From: Amoebophrya sp. A120
Lineage: Eukaryota; Protista; Dinoflagellata
DNA length: 64,000 nucleotides
Reading direction: 5' to 3'
Assembly: GCA_905178155.1 (NCBI GenBank)
Contig: CAJINV010000001.1
Coordinates: 12,894,635-12,958,634, forward strand
Shown here: positions 35,254-48,230 of the stretch, in pieces
Numbering within the stretch: position 1 is the first letter of the stretch
How the letters are laid out: the number at the start of each line of letters is the position of its first letter
The notes under the pieces: generated by a model
The model's input: only the letters and a program-made list of their open reading frames with translations
Database searches by the model: none
What the model was told of the DNA's origin: nothing
Position numbers and translations under genes: made by a program

Positions 35254-38200
35254 CTACCGCTTTTCACTTTCGTCTTCGTCTACATCTAGATTCGAACTGA
35301 TGTGCGTTTCCGTTTCCCTAGCAGCTGCTTCTGCCTCTTCAACTTGATGCGCCTCTCCCTCTCCGGCGTAGAGGTTCCTCGGTATTGGCCCTAGTCTTGG
35401 TAAATTTGTAGTGTGTCCGCCCGAGATTGCGTAGTTTGTGTAATTATCATATCCGCCACGCGGGCCCCCGTAGTCTGGGCCTCTATTCTTTCCCTGCTGC
35501 GACTGCGGGGCTTGGTTGAAGGATTTCGGCCCACCTCTTGCGTTGTCGTACCCACCGTAATTGTTTCTGTCGCGATCGACAGCTCCTTGCCCTTTTCCGT
35601 AAGGACTACTGGTAACTGAATAATCTTCGTGTGGTGCAGTCTGTGGCCGCATAATTTGCCTATTGTCTTTGTCGTAAAAATTCTTGTTTTGCTGTTGCTG
35701 GTGAAGATGTACAGCTGCGGTTCCCGTAGCGCGTCGAAGCGGCGCGGCTCCAGCACGCTGCTGGTGCGCATCATCTTCCAGGCCCTTAGTTTGCAACTGT
35801 TGCACCGACGTGCCCGGAGCAAGCTGTTGAGCTTGCGTGCCTCGCCCGGGGGTGTTTGTTCTAGAAGGGCTCGCGCTCGTCCCGCCATACGCTCGGTCGA
35901 AGTTTTCGTTGCGCCGGTTGCTCCGCGCGCCGGCATTGTTATATTGATCGAATCGCCCGGTGTTTTCATTGTACCCGTTGTTTTCATCATCGCCTCCGCG
36001 CTGACGATAGCCGCTAATATCATCATAGCCGTCATCGTAAAAATCATTTTCGTAGCCCTTATTGTACTTGTATCTGTAGTCTTTATGCTGGTCCTCGACG
36101 TGTTCGTTCTTGTTGTAATAGCCTTCGTAGTAGTTGTTCTTGTAGCCTCTTCCGTCTTGGTCTTTATAGTAATTTCCATAGTGGTAATTATACTTCTCGT
36201 TCTGCACGTCGCGGTCGCTTTCTTCACGCCCGCCACAACAGGAACAGCAGGCTGTTTTTATCCGGCGCGCAGCCTATCAAATGTAAAAATGTCTGGGTCT
36301 GGAATGGTTAGAACTTGTGATGCAAACTCTGGATCACACAAAAATGTGTGTTGCATGAGCGCCAAAAGCTGTCCACTTCTTGGCACACAAGTAGGAAGTC
36401 TCTCATGCGGGACAGGCATCATGAGGCGTGCTCAAAACCTGTGATGCTTTTGCCTGCATCAGACGCCATTTGCGTGATCCGAAATATGCATGACAAATCT
36501 CGCAATCTTCCGGACCCAGACATTTTTACATTTCATACAGCCTGGCGGACACTTCCGTAGGGATCCCCGCCCCAGTCCCACTGCCACCAGGGCGTCCTCT
36601 GGTGCCACGCGTCAGCTGCGTGGCGCGCCGCTTGGTTCTTCTGTTCTAAAGTGACGGCGCGCTGCTCCGTATCCGTTCCGGGACTGGGAGCGATGGTCTG
36701 CATTGCCTTTTCTTCTTGGCCACGGCCCTGGTCCTGATAGAACTTGTGCCTATCGGAATCGCTGGGCGGGGGGTAGTACGCATCAAACCACCAGGTGTTG
36801 GACGGCGATCCGCCCTCGGGTTTGCCTATCAAATGTAAAAGTGTCGGGGTCTCCTGGAAGATTGCAACTTGTCATGCTAAATCTGAAGCACGCAAAAATC
36901 AGCGTTGCATGATTACCAAAAGTCGTCCAGTTTTCACCAAGTCGGGAGGGAGTTCCTCATGCAGGATAGGCATGAGAGAGATCGCACAGAATCTGTCTTG
37001 CTAGGTCCTGCATTCCAGACCTCATTGGTCATGGAAAAGCAGCATGACAAATCGCGCATTCTTCCAGACCCAGACATTTTTGCATTTGATATTGCCGCCG
37101 TCCAAGCAACAGAACACGAGGCAGGAGATATCCTGACTAAAAACGTCCCCACACCAGAGTCAAAATGGGGACTTTGCAACACAAACCTAGAAGTTTTGGG
37201 ACTCGTGCATCACAAGTTTCCGTCCGTAGAAGTGTAGTGCAGGAGGTTAGCAAGGGAAAACGCATCACAAATCCATCTGCTGATCCTGGTTACAGCATTA
37301 CAAATGCCACAACACGACTAGAAATTCCTCTCATGGTGATGCGCATTACAAATGTTTCTGTCAGTGCAAATCTGCATGACAACTCTGGGGTGGGGATGTT
37401 TTTACACGGGATAGGAGAAGCACGTTATCGGGAGCAGCCAGAGCGCCAGCCACAGCCAGGCCAGCGTCTCCCGCAGCTGCAGGGCCTCGTAGTACGCGTC
37501 CAGGTCCCGCTCGGTAAGGTCCCCGCTAAACGAGGCGATCTCGTGTTGGAGTTCGGCAAACACCTGCCAGAGGTGGTGCTTGTGGTGCGCCGCGTCCAGG
37601 AGCTGCTTCAGCTGCAAAATCACCTGCGTGCCGGCCTGCACGTGCCCCTCGGTTAGGGTGAGGCCTTGCGAAGCGAGCTCGGGGGTCGAGCGGCAGTTGG
37701 TGCCGCTCAACTGGCGAAACCGAGCGCCCCCGAGTCGAAACAGAATCGTCGTCGGCCCCGCGCTGCTTGAGGACGTGGCCGACGCGGAAGCGAACTCTTC
37801 TTCCAACAGCGTCTCTGGTCGTGTGCGGGAAGAGGAAGACCTCTGACTTCTAGCGCTTCCTGAGGCTACTTGTGCTATCTGTCCTGGAGCTCCATGCTCC
37901 ACCTCGTTCCGCGCACTCTTTTCCTTGAGACTTTTGGATGCCAAAAAGGAGTACGAGGATGAGGACAAGGTGCTAGATGCATCATCAGCATGAGTAGTCA
38001 ACATCTGCGTACTAGTTGTACCGCCTCCAGAAGAACCCAATATCGACGCATTGTCCTGTGCGGGACTCTGACTCGCTTCATCGGGAGGATCTGGAGCAGG
38101 CGCGGCTACGGCGGAGGAAATATGCGGTCCTCCACTGGGGCTGCCCGTCGGAAGTGCTGCGGGTTCCTCGGTAGTTCTTTTCTTAGGTAGAACAACGCTT

Positions 38201-41019
38201 GGCTGCATGGCCGTCTTGTCACCAACATCGACCGGGGGCTGTGCAAGATCAACTTTATCTGGCGGCTCCGCGGCGACTGCACTTCGGTGTGCGAGTTGTT
38301 CTGCAGTGGAGGCGGGACTCGTCAGGAGAAGCGCGGATGGAGCCGCACCAGCTCCAGCATCTGCGGGTTGCGCGGGCGCAAGACCTTGAACTTCACCAGT
38401 GGGCGCGGGCATTTTTCTGACACCTGCGCTGCTGAGCACGGCAAAAATGTCTGACGACCAGCCAGTCTCGGTGCTGAGCTGGTCCTTGGCTGCGTCGTCC
38501 GCGTCCGCTGCAACGTACAATGCGGACCGGGGCTCGGGGTGGAACATCATGGTGTAGCAGGGCACCCTGGGCACGGGATCCTCGCCGTAGAAGCCCACGC
38601 GGTACTCGCGCCGCAGGCGCTGCACGAGGAGCGACCCGCTATCGTTCATCTTTGCGTCCTGCAGTGCGTGCTCCGCGGCCACCGCGTCCGCGTTCATGCC
38701 GGTTGCAGCCTGAAACGCTTGGCTAATTTTGCTCCAGGCCGACGGCGGCTCCGCCACGCCCTCCGGGTTCACCGCAGAAACCAGCAGCAACGCGGGGGCG
38801 GGCGCCCACCCATAGCTGCGAAAATTGTCGGCGAAAGCGCCCGCCAGCTGCCATATGGCTTCCAGTGTGTCCACCGCGGCGCCGAAGTTTTTGGTCCCAA
38901 ACCGTAAGTCGGTGTTCTGCAGCCCGTCCCGCTGAAGCTGGTTTGCGATCAGGTCCGGGTAGTCGCGGCTCTTGTTGCGGAGCGCCGTGGCGATTTGGGC
39001 GAGCGCGCCGCCCAGGCTGTGGCCGGTGACGACCACGTGGTGGAAGAACCGGATACCGTGTTTTTTCATGTACTCCTGAATGGCTCGGTACGCGATTCCG
39101 TAGGTGTTGTCCACGTATGCGAGCCTCTCCGTGTCCCGTTTGTCCGCGGTGTTGCGCACCAGCTTGTCATCGCAGCACGACACTTGCTGCGCTCCGGGGT
39201 ACAGGGCGGCCCTGTCCGCCTGCGCGACCTCCGAGGCGGCGATGCTCGCGTCAAAGGTCTTCACTGCGGCCGTCCCGTCGCGCATCTCGGTGCCTATGAA
39301 TCCAAGTTTGTTGGAGAACCCCCGGGCAAATCCGACGCCCTTCTCCACGTGGCTGCTATCGAAGGAAAAAATATGAATATCCGCAAACACATCGCTGTTT
39401 TATTTCACTGCAATCTTCCAAAAGACAGATCTTTTTCATCAGGAGGAGGAGTCTCAATCTCATTCAGATTCATTGTGGTCATTCGCATACTGAACTGTAG
39501 GAGGCCACAAAGAGATTTGGTTTTCCTTTTCAACATCAAGCTAGATACTCATACTCAGACGCACTTGCGTGAGTACGTAGTGAGAGCTCACGAGCAGTGG
39601 TCATCTCGTCGTCACACTATCACGTTATCCGTGCTATGCTAGAAGATTTCTTTGCGACGCGGAAAAAGCGGCGGCTCGCCTTCCGCTTTCCCTTGAGGAT
39701 GACAAATTTGTTCCACCCAAATTGGCAGATGAAACGACTTCTCATTTATTGATTGCGATGATTGCAGTGAAAATTTTTATATGTGGAAGTGGATTCGAAC
39801 GAAATCGCATTTCCTGTTCGTAAATGGCGGTTTCCTTGTACTGGCTGTTTAGGTTGGTGACCCAATCACGGGCGTTGGACGTGCCCCGTAGCTTGAGCCA
39901 CAACTTATGCTCGCCGTTGGACAGGCGCTGCGCGTGGAAGGTCCAGCCGCCCTTGTTGTCTTCCACGTCGGCGTTCCCCACCTGTGTGTCTGCGAAACTG
40001 CCCACGATGAAGTCGAACTGCTGCATCCGCTCCAGCATCCAGATCTTTTCCCAGTCCGCCTCCGGATCCAGGCTGGGGAGCTGCTGGAGCGCCTGTTCCT
40101 TGATTTGCTGTGCCGTTTTCTGGTTGATTTCCTCGTTCAGAACCGCGTCCCACTGCTTGAGGAGCCACGAGTCCGCCATCTCCTCCGCGTAGTAGGACAG
40201 GTAGGGGTTCTTGGCTAGCAGCCCGATGAGGCGGAGCGTTTTCGCGTCCGTTTGCGTCGCTTGCGTTACCTGCTCCAGCACCAGGGACCCCGTGGACCCG
40301 AACACGTCTTCGGTGCTGACGCTGGTGGTGCTCGTCTCCAGATCGAATTCAAAGAGGTCCTCGAGCACGCTTACGTGCTGGGCCCGGCCGCGCTGCTCGA
40401 GGAGCAGCTGGTCGGTCACGTGTTCCGCTGCCGCCGCCAGGGCCGAGTCGCCTGCAGTTTGGTCCACCTCGGTGCTGCTTGTGCTGGAAGAAGTTGTGTT
40501 GGTTGTCCCTTTGGTAGCCTCGTACCACACCACCAGCATGCCCACGGCGAGCCCACAGACCAGAATGGCACAGCAGCAGCACGCGAATAATGTGGCGTGA
40601 CTTGACAGGCGCCGCCGGGGGTCTAGCGTGTCCTCTCCCCAATTGTGCTGCTCTTTCATATACGCCCGGTGCTCGCTTGCATTGATTTTATCCCCACGCA
40701 CGGCAGGGGGGGAGTTCTGTAGTTCCTCTACATTCTTGTTGTTTGTGGCGTCACGACCAGGTCGTGGCGCCGTAGGAGGAGCAGCAGAGCCTTTGCTCTG
40801 CCCGTTTTTGTTGGCCCCCGTTGTGGCCGCGCCCGCGGCTCGCGTCCTCTTACTCTGGCGGCCATACCTGCTACCGGGTGCTGTTGCAACGACCCCACGC
40901 CCGTCCTCTCCAGACGAGGAAGATTTACTTCTGTCAAGAGCCTTACTTTGTGTCTCGCCGGGCTCGGCAGGCTCGGTAGAAGCAGGGTAGCCGAGCACCC
41001 ATCTCAGAATATCCTCCAT
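35254..41019 (-). CDS. Membrane-anchored class 3 lipase (alpha/beta hydrolase) with long low-complexity and Y/N/D/G-rich C-terminal tail
   Basis: N-terminal TM segment; LKLRGTSNARDWVTNL; VVVTGHSLGGALAQI nucleophile elbow; EDPVPRVP; second hydrophobic segment. Exons join in frame across four TIR introns. Confidence 0.88.
36275..36537. mobile_element. TIR introner, family A
   Basis: 30-bp family A TIR; perfect direct repeat CAGCC; frame restored. Confidence 0.95.
36827..37091. mobile_element. TIR introner, family A
   Basis: Family A TIR; perfect direct repeat TTGCC; joins LDGG-KPEG. Confidence 0.95.
37129..37413. mobile_element. TIR introner
   Basis: TATCCTGACTAAAAACGTCCCCACACCAGAGT vs reverse complement TATCCCGTGTAAAAACATCCCCACCCCAGAGT; perfect direct repeat GGAGA. 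Confidence 0.93.
39357..39822. mobile_element. Highly degenerate TIR introner candidate in the lipase gene
   Basis: TATCGAAGGAAA vs reverse complement TACGAACAGGAAA; element+5 removal gives in-frame ETAI-HVEKG; direct repeat decayed. Confidence 0.5.
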
Positions 41020-42567
41020 GATAGTTCTTGGCCCAGCAGCACGTTGGCATACTTCTCAAAACCGTGGTCTTGACAAAGCATTTCGACTATCCAACGCAAC
41101 ACATAGGTTGGGTTTGCAGCTTTTGCCTAAAAATGCATCAAATCAATGATACTGTGGCGCACGACGCGTGAGGTGTTTGCGTTTCGATTTTGACTTCAAG
41201 AAAAGCATTCCCACATCAGTGTCGAGTGGGGTTTCATCTACAAACAAGAAATGCTTACTTATACCCGTTTCACGACTACACACCTGTTGCAGCTGCAACA
41301 TGAAGTTCTACTGATAAAATGTCATGCTCATGGCCGTGGGGTCGTTCACGATCAGGGGGGTCGACTAAATTGTGCCTGTGGCGAAGGAAACAACACCGAG
41401 GTTTTTCTAGAAAAGAAATCTTTTCCTTTTTTATGATGTTCCTGATCGCAAGTAGCCAAGGAACTATACTAGATTTTTATTGAATTTGAAAATTATGTAA
41501 ACAAATGCTTTTGTTGGAACGCATACGAAGTGGACGATGAGACCGACAAATGAAGCAACAAGAAACAAGTTGCACCTGATCACCAGCACGGTATTCTATT
41601 TCCGATTCATTTTCCAACTAAAACCGAGAAAGTAAAAGCCAATGGCTTGCACCATGTACCACGGAGGTTTCCACGTGCACATTAAGAGTCTGGAAAACTG
41701 AAGTAGGTGCGAGGACGACAAAAACAAAATGAATCAACGACGGACGAAATCAGGGACGATGTTGCGCACGTGAACGAATTTGGACCGACTGGAACAGCAT
41801 AGAAAACCGACATCCACCTCAATGAGGCGGGGTACCTACTAGCTCCAGTACTAGGCGACCGACGAGGGAAGCCGATTAAATAATTTCACGTGAACGACAG
41901 TTCAAGTTAGAAAGAACAATACGACCACGAAGAGGTGACGACCAGTAGTACAACTGGGCATTCGCAGGCGTCTTCACCAGCCGCGATGGGCAGCAAACTG
42001 AACAAACGAACTCTACAACAACCAAACCAGTGCTTGGTCATGGTCAGTGCCGGAGCAGTTGTGAGCTCTTATTCACCAGTCGTGGTGCCGCTTAAGCTCA
42101 TGCGAGGACATCGGACGTTTACTCTCTGTCTCTACTGTAGTCACCTGGAGAATAAAAGCTGCACGTTTATCTGTATTTCGTTTTGCCGTTCGTCTTCGTA
42201 CAGCTTCCAAAGACGAGGTTGAAATTTGCCTTTGCGACTGTCTTCTTGCCGTTGATATTCATCTCCTTACCATTAACACTGACTTTTGTGTCCGTGTCAC
42301 GGATGAAGTCCCTGCGATTTTCCTCCCTACGTGTTTATGTACAAACGACGGAGAGACAGAGATGACTACAGAAAGCAGTTTTATTCTGCATAAGTTCCCA
42401 TACAACAGACATCAAGTCGGCGGACTGAACGACTGAGGATCTTCGGCACTGACTACAGTGAACCTGGTCTCTTTACTCGTCCTTGTGTCTGTGAAATCAA
42501 ACATCAAATAGAATTCCGCTTCGGATTCTACTTCCTAACAACTGATCAGCCCTTGATACTCTTAGTC

Positions 42568-45282
42568 TTACTTCTTCAAATCCCGGGCAAAGAATGCCAG
42601 TTGATGTCTAAATCTCGTTGGGCCGCCGGCGTCTGCCCCGTCTGGAGCGCCCGCTTGCGCGTCTGGTGCTTGTTCCGCGGGTGGTGGGGGTGGTGCTTTC
42701 CAAGTTGCGAGGCCATCGAGTGCAGCCCTGCTTGCTGCAACACCGCGGACGTGTAGGTCGAAGATTCGGCAGCCGACGAGGTCGCAGAAGCATTGCTCAG
42801 CCGCTTCTTTGTAGTCGAATCCAAAGCTGCGAGGGGAGAATGCTCGTGCGAGTGTTGCGTCACGTGGAAAACAGCTGATCATGGCGACCAGCGTGTGGCG
42901 TTCTACTACATAGCACCGGTTTATTGCTCACACGACATCAAATCGTTGAGTAATCTAGAGGAACGCTGTTGCTGATGCTGTGCTGATCCTGATCCTGGGT
43001 GCCTGCGGCGTACTTTTATTGTTTTCTCTAGTAAGCAGCTGCAGCAACTCAAATTCATACGCAATGCGATGCATGGATGATCAAGATCATCATCATACTC
43101 ATTATAGTGGTACTAAGTCCACGTCCCGGTTCCCTCTTGCGAAAAATGCAGGTGGTGCAGCTGCATCAAACTACACGCTCTCCGCCAGATCGCCTTTTAC
43201 TCTATTTTCTTACGCTGGTAGTTGGTTTTGTGCTGCGCCAGGGCTTGAACCAGTTGTAGCGGGGAGATTTCGCCGTCGTCTCGGTCGTCTTCATCTCCGG
43301 GGCTGTGATAGACGGGCACCCGGCTCCGGGACGCCTTCGGCGCGGTGGCGCTAGCGGACGGCGCCGGCCGCTGCAGGTACCGTTTCATGTCGGGCGACTG
43401 GCTGGTGACGCGTCCGTTCGGGAGTCGCAACAGCACTTCTCGCGCCGCAGCGGAACTGTTTATTTTGGTAAAACCCGGAGGAGAAGCGCCCGTTCGAGAA
43501 GAGCTGCTTCTCGTGTCAGTTGGCGTATGCATGTAATGATCCTCGGCAACGTGGTTCTTGACGCGAGATGGAGGCACAGCTCCGAGTAGGTGCACGTCGT
43601 CGCCGCGGCCGCTGCGTCCCTCTAGTTGCTGTGACGCGAGAATCCTGGACGGATCGTAGCGGTCCCGAACCGCCGACTCGAGCCCGTCGCTTCCGTTCTT
43701 GCCGGTAGATTGTTCTGTCGCGCCGTCACCAAGCAGACGCCCGAATTCATCCACTTGGCCAACGTTCTCCAGGTAGAAGGAAAACGCCGACGCTGCGGGG
43801 GGAGGTGCGGTAGAATAACTGTTCATGTTCTTGTGTTGTCCACCCGGAGGATGATCAACGTCCGACGTGGTCGGAGTCTTGCGCTGCATGGTTTCAGTTT
43901 CTTCAGGGCGGCGCGCACCCGGCGGGATCAGGAACTTCCTCTTGCTCGGCGAAGAGGATCCCTTTCGGGTGGTCCGGCTCGGAGAGGGCGAGGAAACCAC
44001 TTTGCCGCCTTGCAGTGAAAAAACCGGAAGCTGCGACTGCTGTGGCATTGTTCCATGTAGTTCCGAAGAGGACGCGGACGCGGCGCCGTTGATACAATTG
44101 CTACTGCGCCGCAACGCCGGCCGACTTCGGTGCGAATCTTGCTCCCGCTGATGCAACCGGCTGTAGAGGTACTTGGAACTACCGCCTACGGCCGACGACG
44201 AGGTCGTCGACGAGAGCTTGCTCCCCAGGCGTTGCTCTACTCTGCCCGCAGCTTGAAATTCCTTCGGGCCGACAACTCCTGCAAGAAGAGAAGGATCACC
44301 GTCATAGTCCACCTCATAGTTCTTGTCCGGTCCTGGCGCCTCCCGGTCTCCGCGAAAACCCAGGGACTTGGCGACGAGCTCCGTCGTCACATTTGCCTTC
44401 GCAGCGGGGTCGAGCAGCTGCCCCCGGTTGTACAGAGCCGAAGGTTCCGACATCTTCACGTGCTGTGCCGTGACGAGGTCTGTAGTGGCTCCAGCAGCAG
44501 CACCGCGTCCTCCCCCGCTTCGGCTCAAAAGTAGATGAGAGGAGGTGGAGCCGGGAGGGGGGCGGGCGCCAAAAGATCCGCCTGGTGGTGGTGGTCCCGT
44601 TCTACAGTCCGCCAGGTGGTGGAGCACCTTCTTACCGACCCATTCCTGGTCATAGGCGGTGTTACCGGGAAAGCTGAAATCGTTGGCCGCGAAAGCCGGC
44701 GGCGCGTCCCTCTCCGCGTCGAGAAACTCCTCGTCGGAGGAGTGAGCGTCGTCATCGGCGGAAAACTTTCGCAGCGGGAAAATCTCGTACGTGTGTTATG
44801 CATTGCAAAAGGATTTTTACGATAAGGACAAGGATCGTATCGCGATTGACGGTAGTGTAGAACTTGCCTAAATGCAAAAGAAACAGTAAAACATCATGGG
44901 CATCAAATTCATTGAGAACAAGAAATGCGAATGGTTCTACGAGCCTTCTGTTCTCGTTCTCCGTGTTAAAGTGACAGCAAGTAGAAGACAAAAATCAATC
45001 GTGATGTTGAAGGTTGCAACTGGTACTTGCTATAGTACGCGAATACGAAAGCCTTTTCGTTCATCTATCTTTTGCACGGGATATTCGCAGTAATTCGTCG
45101 AAGTCCGGCGGAAGGCTCACAACCGGCTGCTTCGAGAACTTTCGTTTCTGGTTCTCGATAGAATCCCGCGCACTGGTGTGGTCTGAGCCCCGCATCGCAT
45201 TTTTACGGTCAGTCGACGCGAACAAACCCGTCACATCGCGCGCTCGGTGAAAGGCGGACCGCTGCGTATCGGAGGCCGCCAT
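42568..45282 (-). CDS. Multi-exon protein of unknown function, largely Ser/Pro-rich
   Basis: ORF 45061..45282 joins ORF 43197..44627 in frame across 44797-45083 (DELLR-TYEIFPLRKF). ORF 42568..42882 is a probable downstream exon. Confidence 0.65.
44797..45083. mobile_element. Degenerate TIR introner, family C-like
   Basis: TATGCATTGCAAAAG vs reverse complement TATCCCGTGCAAAAG; direct repeat largely lost (TGTGT/TTCGC) but element+5 still restores the frame. Confidence 0.72.
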
Positions 45283-45858
45283 GTTCAGGATCTTAATTGT
45301 CGCTGCAAGAAAGAAAGACGACTTTTTGTATACCGTTTTTTTTTAGAATAACACTGAACGCGACAGCTCTGGATCTGGTCGCATTTCTTCATTTCTAAGT
45401 AGATCTATTGCTTGTTGCTAGTTTTTTTTACTCTTAATCTTATGGAAATCGATTGTCACACTCACAGTCACACAGTATCTCGTGATTCATCAGAAAAGCC
45501 CCCCAGATTTTCTTAAGCTAGAAAGGTCTTTTTTTACGCATCACGTCGACGACACCAAACTCTGGACTCTATTGTAGTGCTACGACGAGGACGACCTCTC
45601 CATTTGTTTCAAGTAGTGAGCGACCCGAAGCAGCAACAGCCGGCATCTGTTGATCGATACAACCTTAACGAACCTCTTCTCTCACGAACGGGAGCGCCTT
45701 CTGTTTTTGTTTCTGCTGTATTAATTTCGCCCGTTGGCGTTTCTCATGTTGCACAGATTTTCCCATGGCAGACCCAGACGACGAGTGCGCGTTTTATTCA
45801 CTTTGCATTTGCGTTTTAGTTTTCTTTTTCAGCATTACAACACCGAGAGTCGATGACA

Positions 45859-48230
45859 TTACTGACGACAAGTCAGGTTATTTTCCAGATAATCCACATA
45901 GGCTCGATGAAGCCGCTGCACACCTTCCTTGAGTTCATCTGCCTCGTAAAACGCCCAGCTGAGCCTGCAGTACGCATCAAAGCGGTGGCCATCGTTCCTT
46001 GCCCGCGCGCCGTCCGCTACGTCATCTTCGGGGCCCCCGCCAGCGCCGGTATTTTCCGTAATGTTCTTGCCTGCTGTTCCTCCTATTGTGGCTCCTTCAT
46101 TCTCCGAGGAAAGTTTTACACTGCAGCGTCGTCCAGGCAAGAACCCGACCCCGTACTTCTCGCGGTTCGGGCTCAGGAAATCGTGAAAAAATCGGTGCGT
46201 GTTCATCCTCGAATCCCGAAAACGGAGCCAAAGAAAGTAGCCCCCTGTCGGGGGGAGAAAGTCGACCGCGGTGCCAAACCGGCTTTGCAGCTCGGCGCAC
46301 AGGACCCGGGCACGGTCTGTGTAAATTTCGTTTAGCTTCGCAAGGTAGGTGTCCATGCGTCCGGATTCGATCATGCCCGTGACACCAAGGCTCGCCACGG
46401 GGTTGAGCGCCCCGCCCGACACCAGGACGGGGTCCTTCACAAACACACGCTGCACAAGTTCCGCGTCCGCATGCAGCCACCCAAGCCGGCATCGAAATGA
46501 AAACTGTGGCCTGCCAAGGAGGACCAAAACGAAGCTCCACAGCAGTCACATCCAAAAACAAAAACGAAACAGATCTCCCGTCGAGTTCTGCGTATCGGTT
46601 TCTTCACCTTCTCAGCCACCGCATTTACGAAACTCAAAGACAGGGCTAGACCCGAAGTCATAGAAAAAGACAAAATTAAAAATTCAAATTGATATCCACG
46701 TTCTGATTCTTGACGAGAGAGCTCGGGCACAACTTGTGCACAACTTCGGGAGCCGATATGGGGTCTAGCAGCGCACAGTTTATTTCTTGGTATCATAGCC
46801 GCAGACCAGGCGCCACGATCTTGGAGAAGGATCCCATGCTAATGACTCTAGCGGATGAAGATTTAGATGTACCGCCGTTCACAGTTTCACCGTCGTAAAA
46901 CCGTAGCGAGGTACGAATCGCGCGCTCAACGTCTTCGTGATCAACATCTTTGCGGTCGCCCGTGGTGCCAGCTGTCGTCGCGGATTTCTGATTTCCATCG
47001 ACACGTCCTCCTCGTCCATTGTGCTGCAGTAGGACGTAGGGTTCGTCGGCGAGAATGTAGAAATCGTAAGCGTGCGCCAGTTGGACCAGCTTTTTGGCGG
47101 CCCGGACCGACAGGCACTCCCCAGTCGGATTGTGGTACATCGTATCAAATGTAAAAATGTCTGGGTCTGGAAGAATCCAACTGGTCATGCTGATTTTCGA
47201 TTCTAAAAAGATCTGTATTGCATGAGCAGCAAAGAGAGTCCAAGTTTTGCTACACGGACAGAGCATTTGTCATGCATACCCGACTGCGCCACATCGAAAA
47301 CCTTTGCACCGTCGCCGCAAGCAGCTACGGCCGCAGGAGATCTAGTCATGCGGTATAGGCATCAGGAAGCCCTCACAAAATCTGTGATGCTAGGGCATGC
47401 ATCACAGAGATCAGAAGTCATGCAAAATGTGCATGACAAACCTGGCAATCTTCCAGACCCAGACATTTTTACATTTGATACATCGGTATGGTATAGACAG
47501 CGCGAGGGCGCGGATTCCCATCGTTTTTCAGGTAAGCCTCCAGCTCTTCCACAAAGCGTGACATGCCCGCAGTACCTACTTGTACTACTTGCGCGCTACT
47601 ATAGTTGCTATCTTGTTCTGTAGATGTAGTTGCATCTCCATCTGCACGATCGTTCTCACCGGTATTATTTTCACGACTGTTCAGCATCCGCGGCAAGCAG
47701 GGCAGCAGCTTCACGTTGCAGTGGCTCCGCAGGATGTCGCCGACAAGAAAGTAGGTGGGGTCATCCATGAGAACCAAGTCTTCGCTTCTGCAGAGCGCTC
47801 GGGCGGCGAACTGGATGGCGTGGGAGTTGCCATTGGTAAACAAGAGCTCGCTCTTCTGGACCGGAAAGCCGAGCACTTTCGTGAGCCAGCTCGCCAGCAC
47901 GCTCAAATGCGTGCTGGTGCCTCCGTACTGGAGCATCAGCGGGTCTGGAGACTCGTCGTTGGGGGTACAGCCACCGGATAATCTCTCGTGCAGCGCCGTC
48001 CTAAATTCTTCCAACGGAATGCGGCTGGGCGTCGGCTGTCCGATCGAAAAATTCACAAAGTCCTTGTCCACCTGGCTCTGCGCGTACTCAGACATTTGAT
48101 GAGTCTCCACGCGCGTCCGCTTCACAGGAGGGCCTGGTGATTCACTTTTATCCGCTGCTTGCGCTTGTTCCGCATTCTTACCGGAAAGACCCGGCGCAGC
48201 TGCAGTCCTTTCCGTCGCAGAGGACGACAT
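45859..48230 (-). CDS. PLP-dependent aminotransferase class I/II (Aro8/LysN-like 2-aminoadipate/aromatic type)
   Basis: VNFSIGQP, LQYG, FTNGNSHAI, DDPTY, YTIPM-YHNPTG, ILADEPY, MGSFSKIVAPGLR-LGW, PTGGYFLW, CRLSWA. Start Met uncertain. Confidence 0.92.
46490..46797. mobile_element. Degenerate TIR introner
   Basis: Residual inverted repeat AAACTGTG..CTGC; flanks GCCGG/GCCGC; restores PGLRLGW. Confidence 0.75.
47143..47480. mobile_element. TIR introner, family A
   Basis: Perfect TIR TATCAAATGTAAAAATGTCTGGGTCTGGAAGA; perfect direct repeat CATCG. Confidence 0.96.

Noticed and set aside
39892-39900. TGGCTCAAG on the minus strand, matching the 3' end of the dinoflagellate spliced leader
   Set aside because: Only 9 nt and inside the lipase CDS (encodes W-L-K); chance match.
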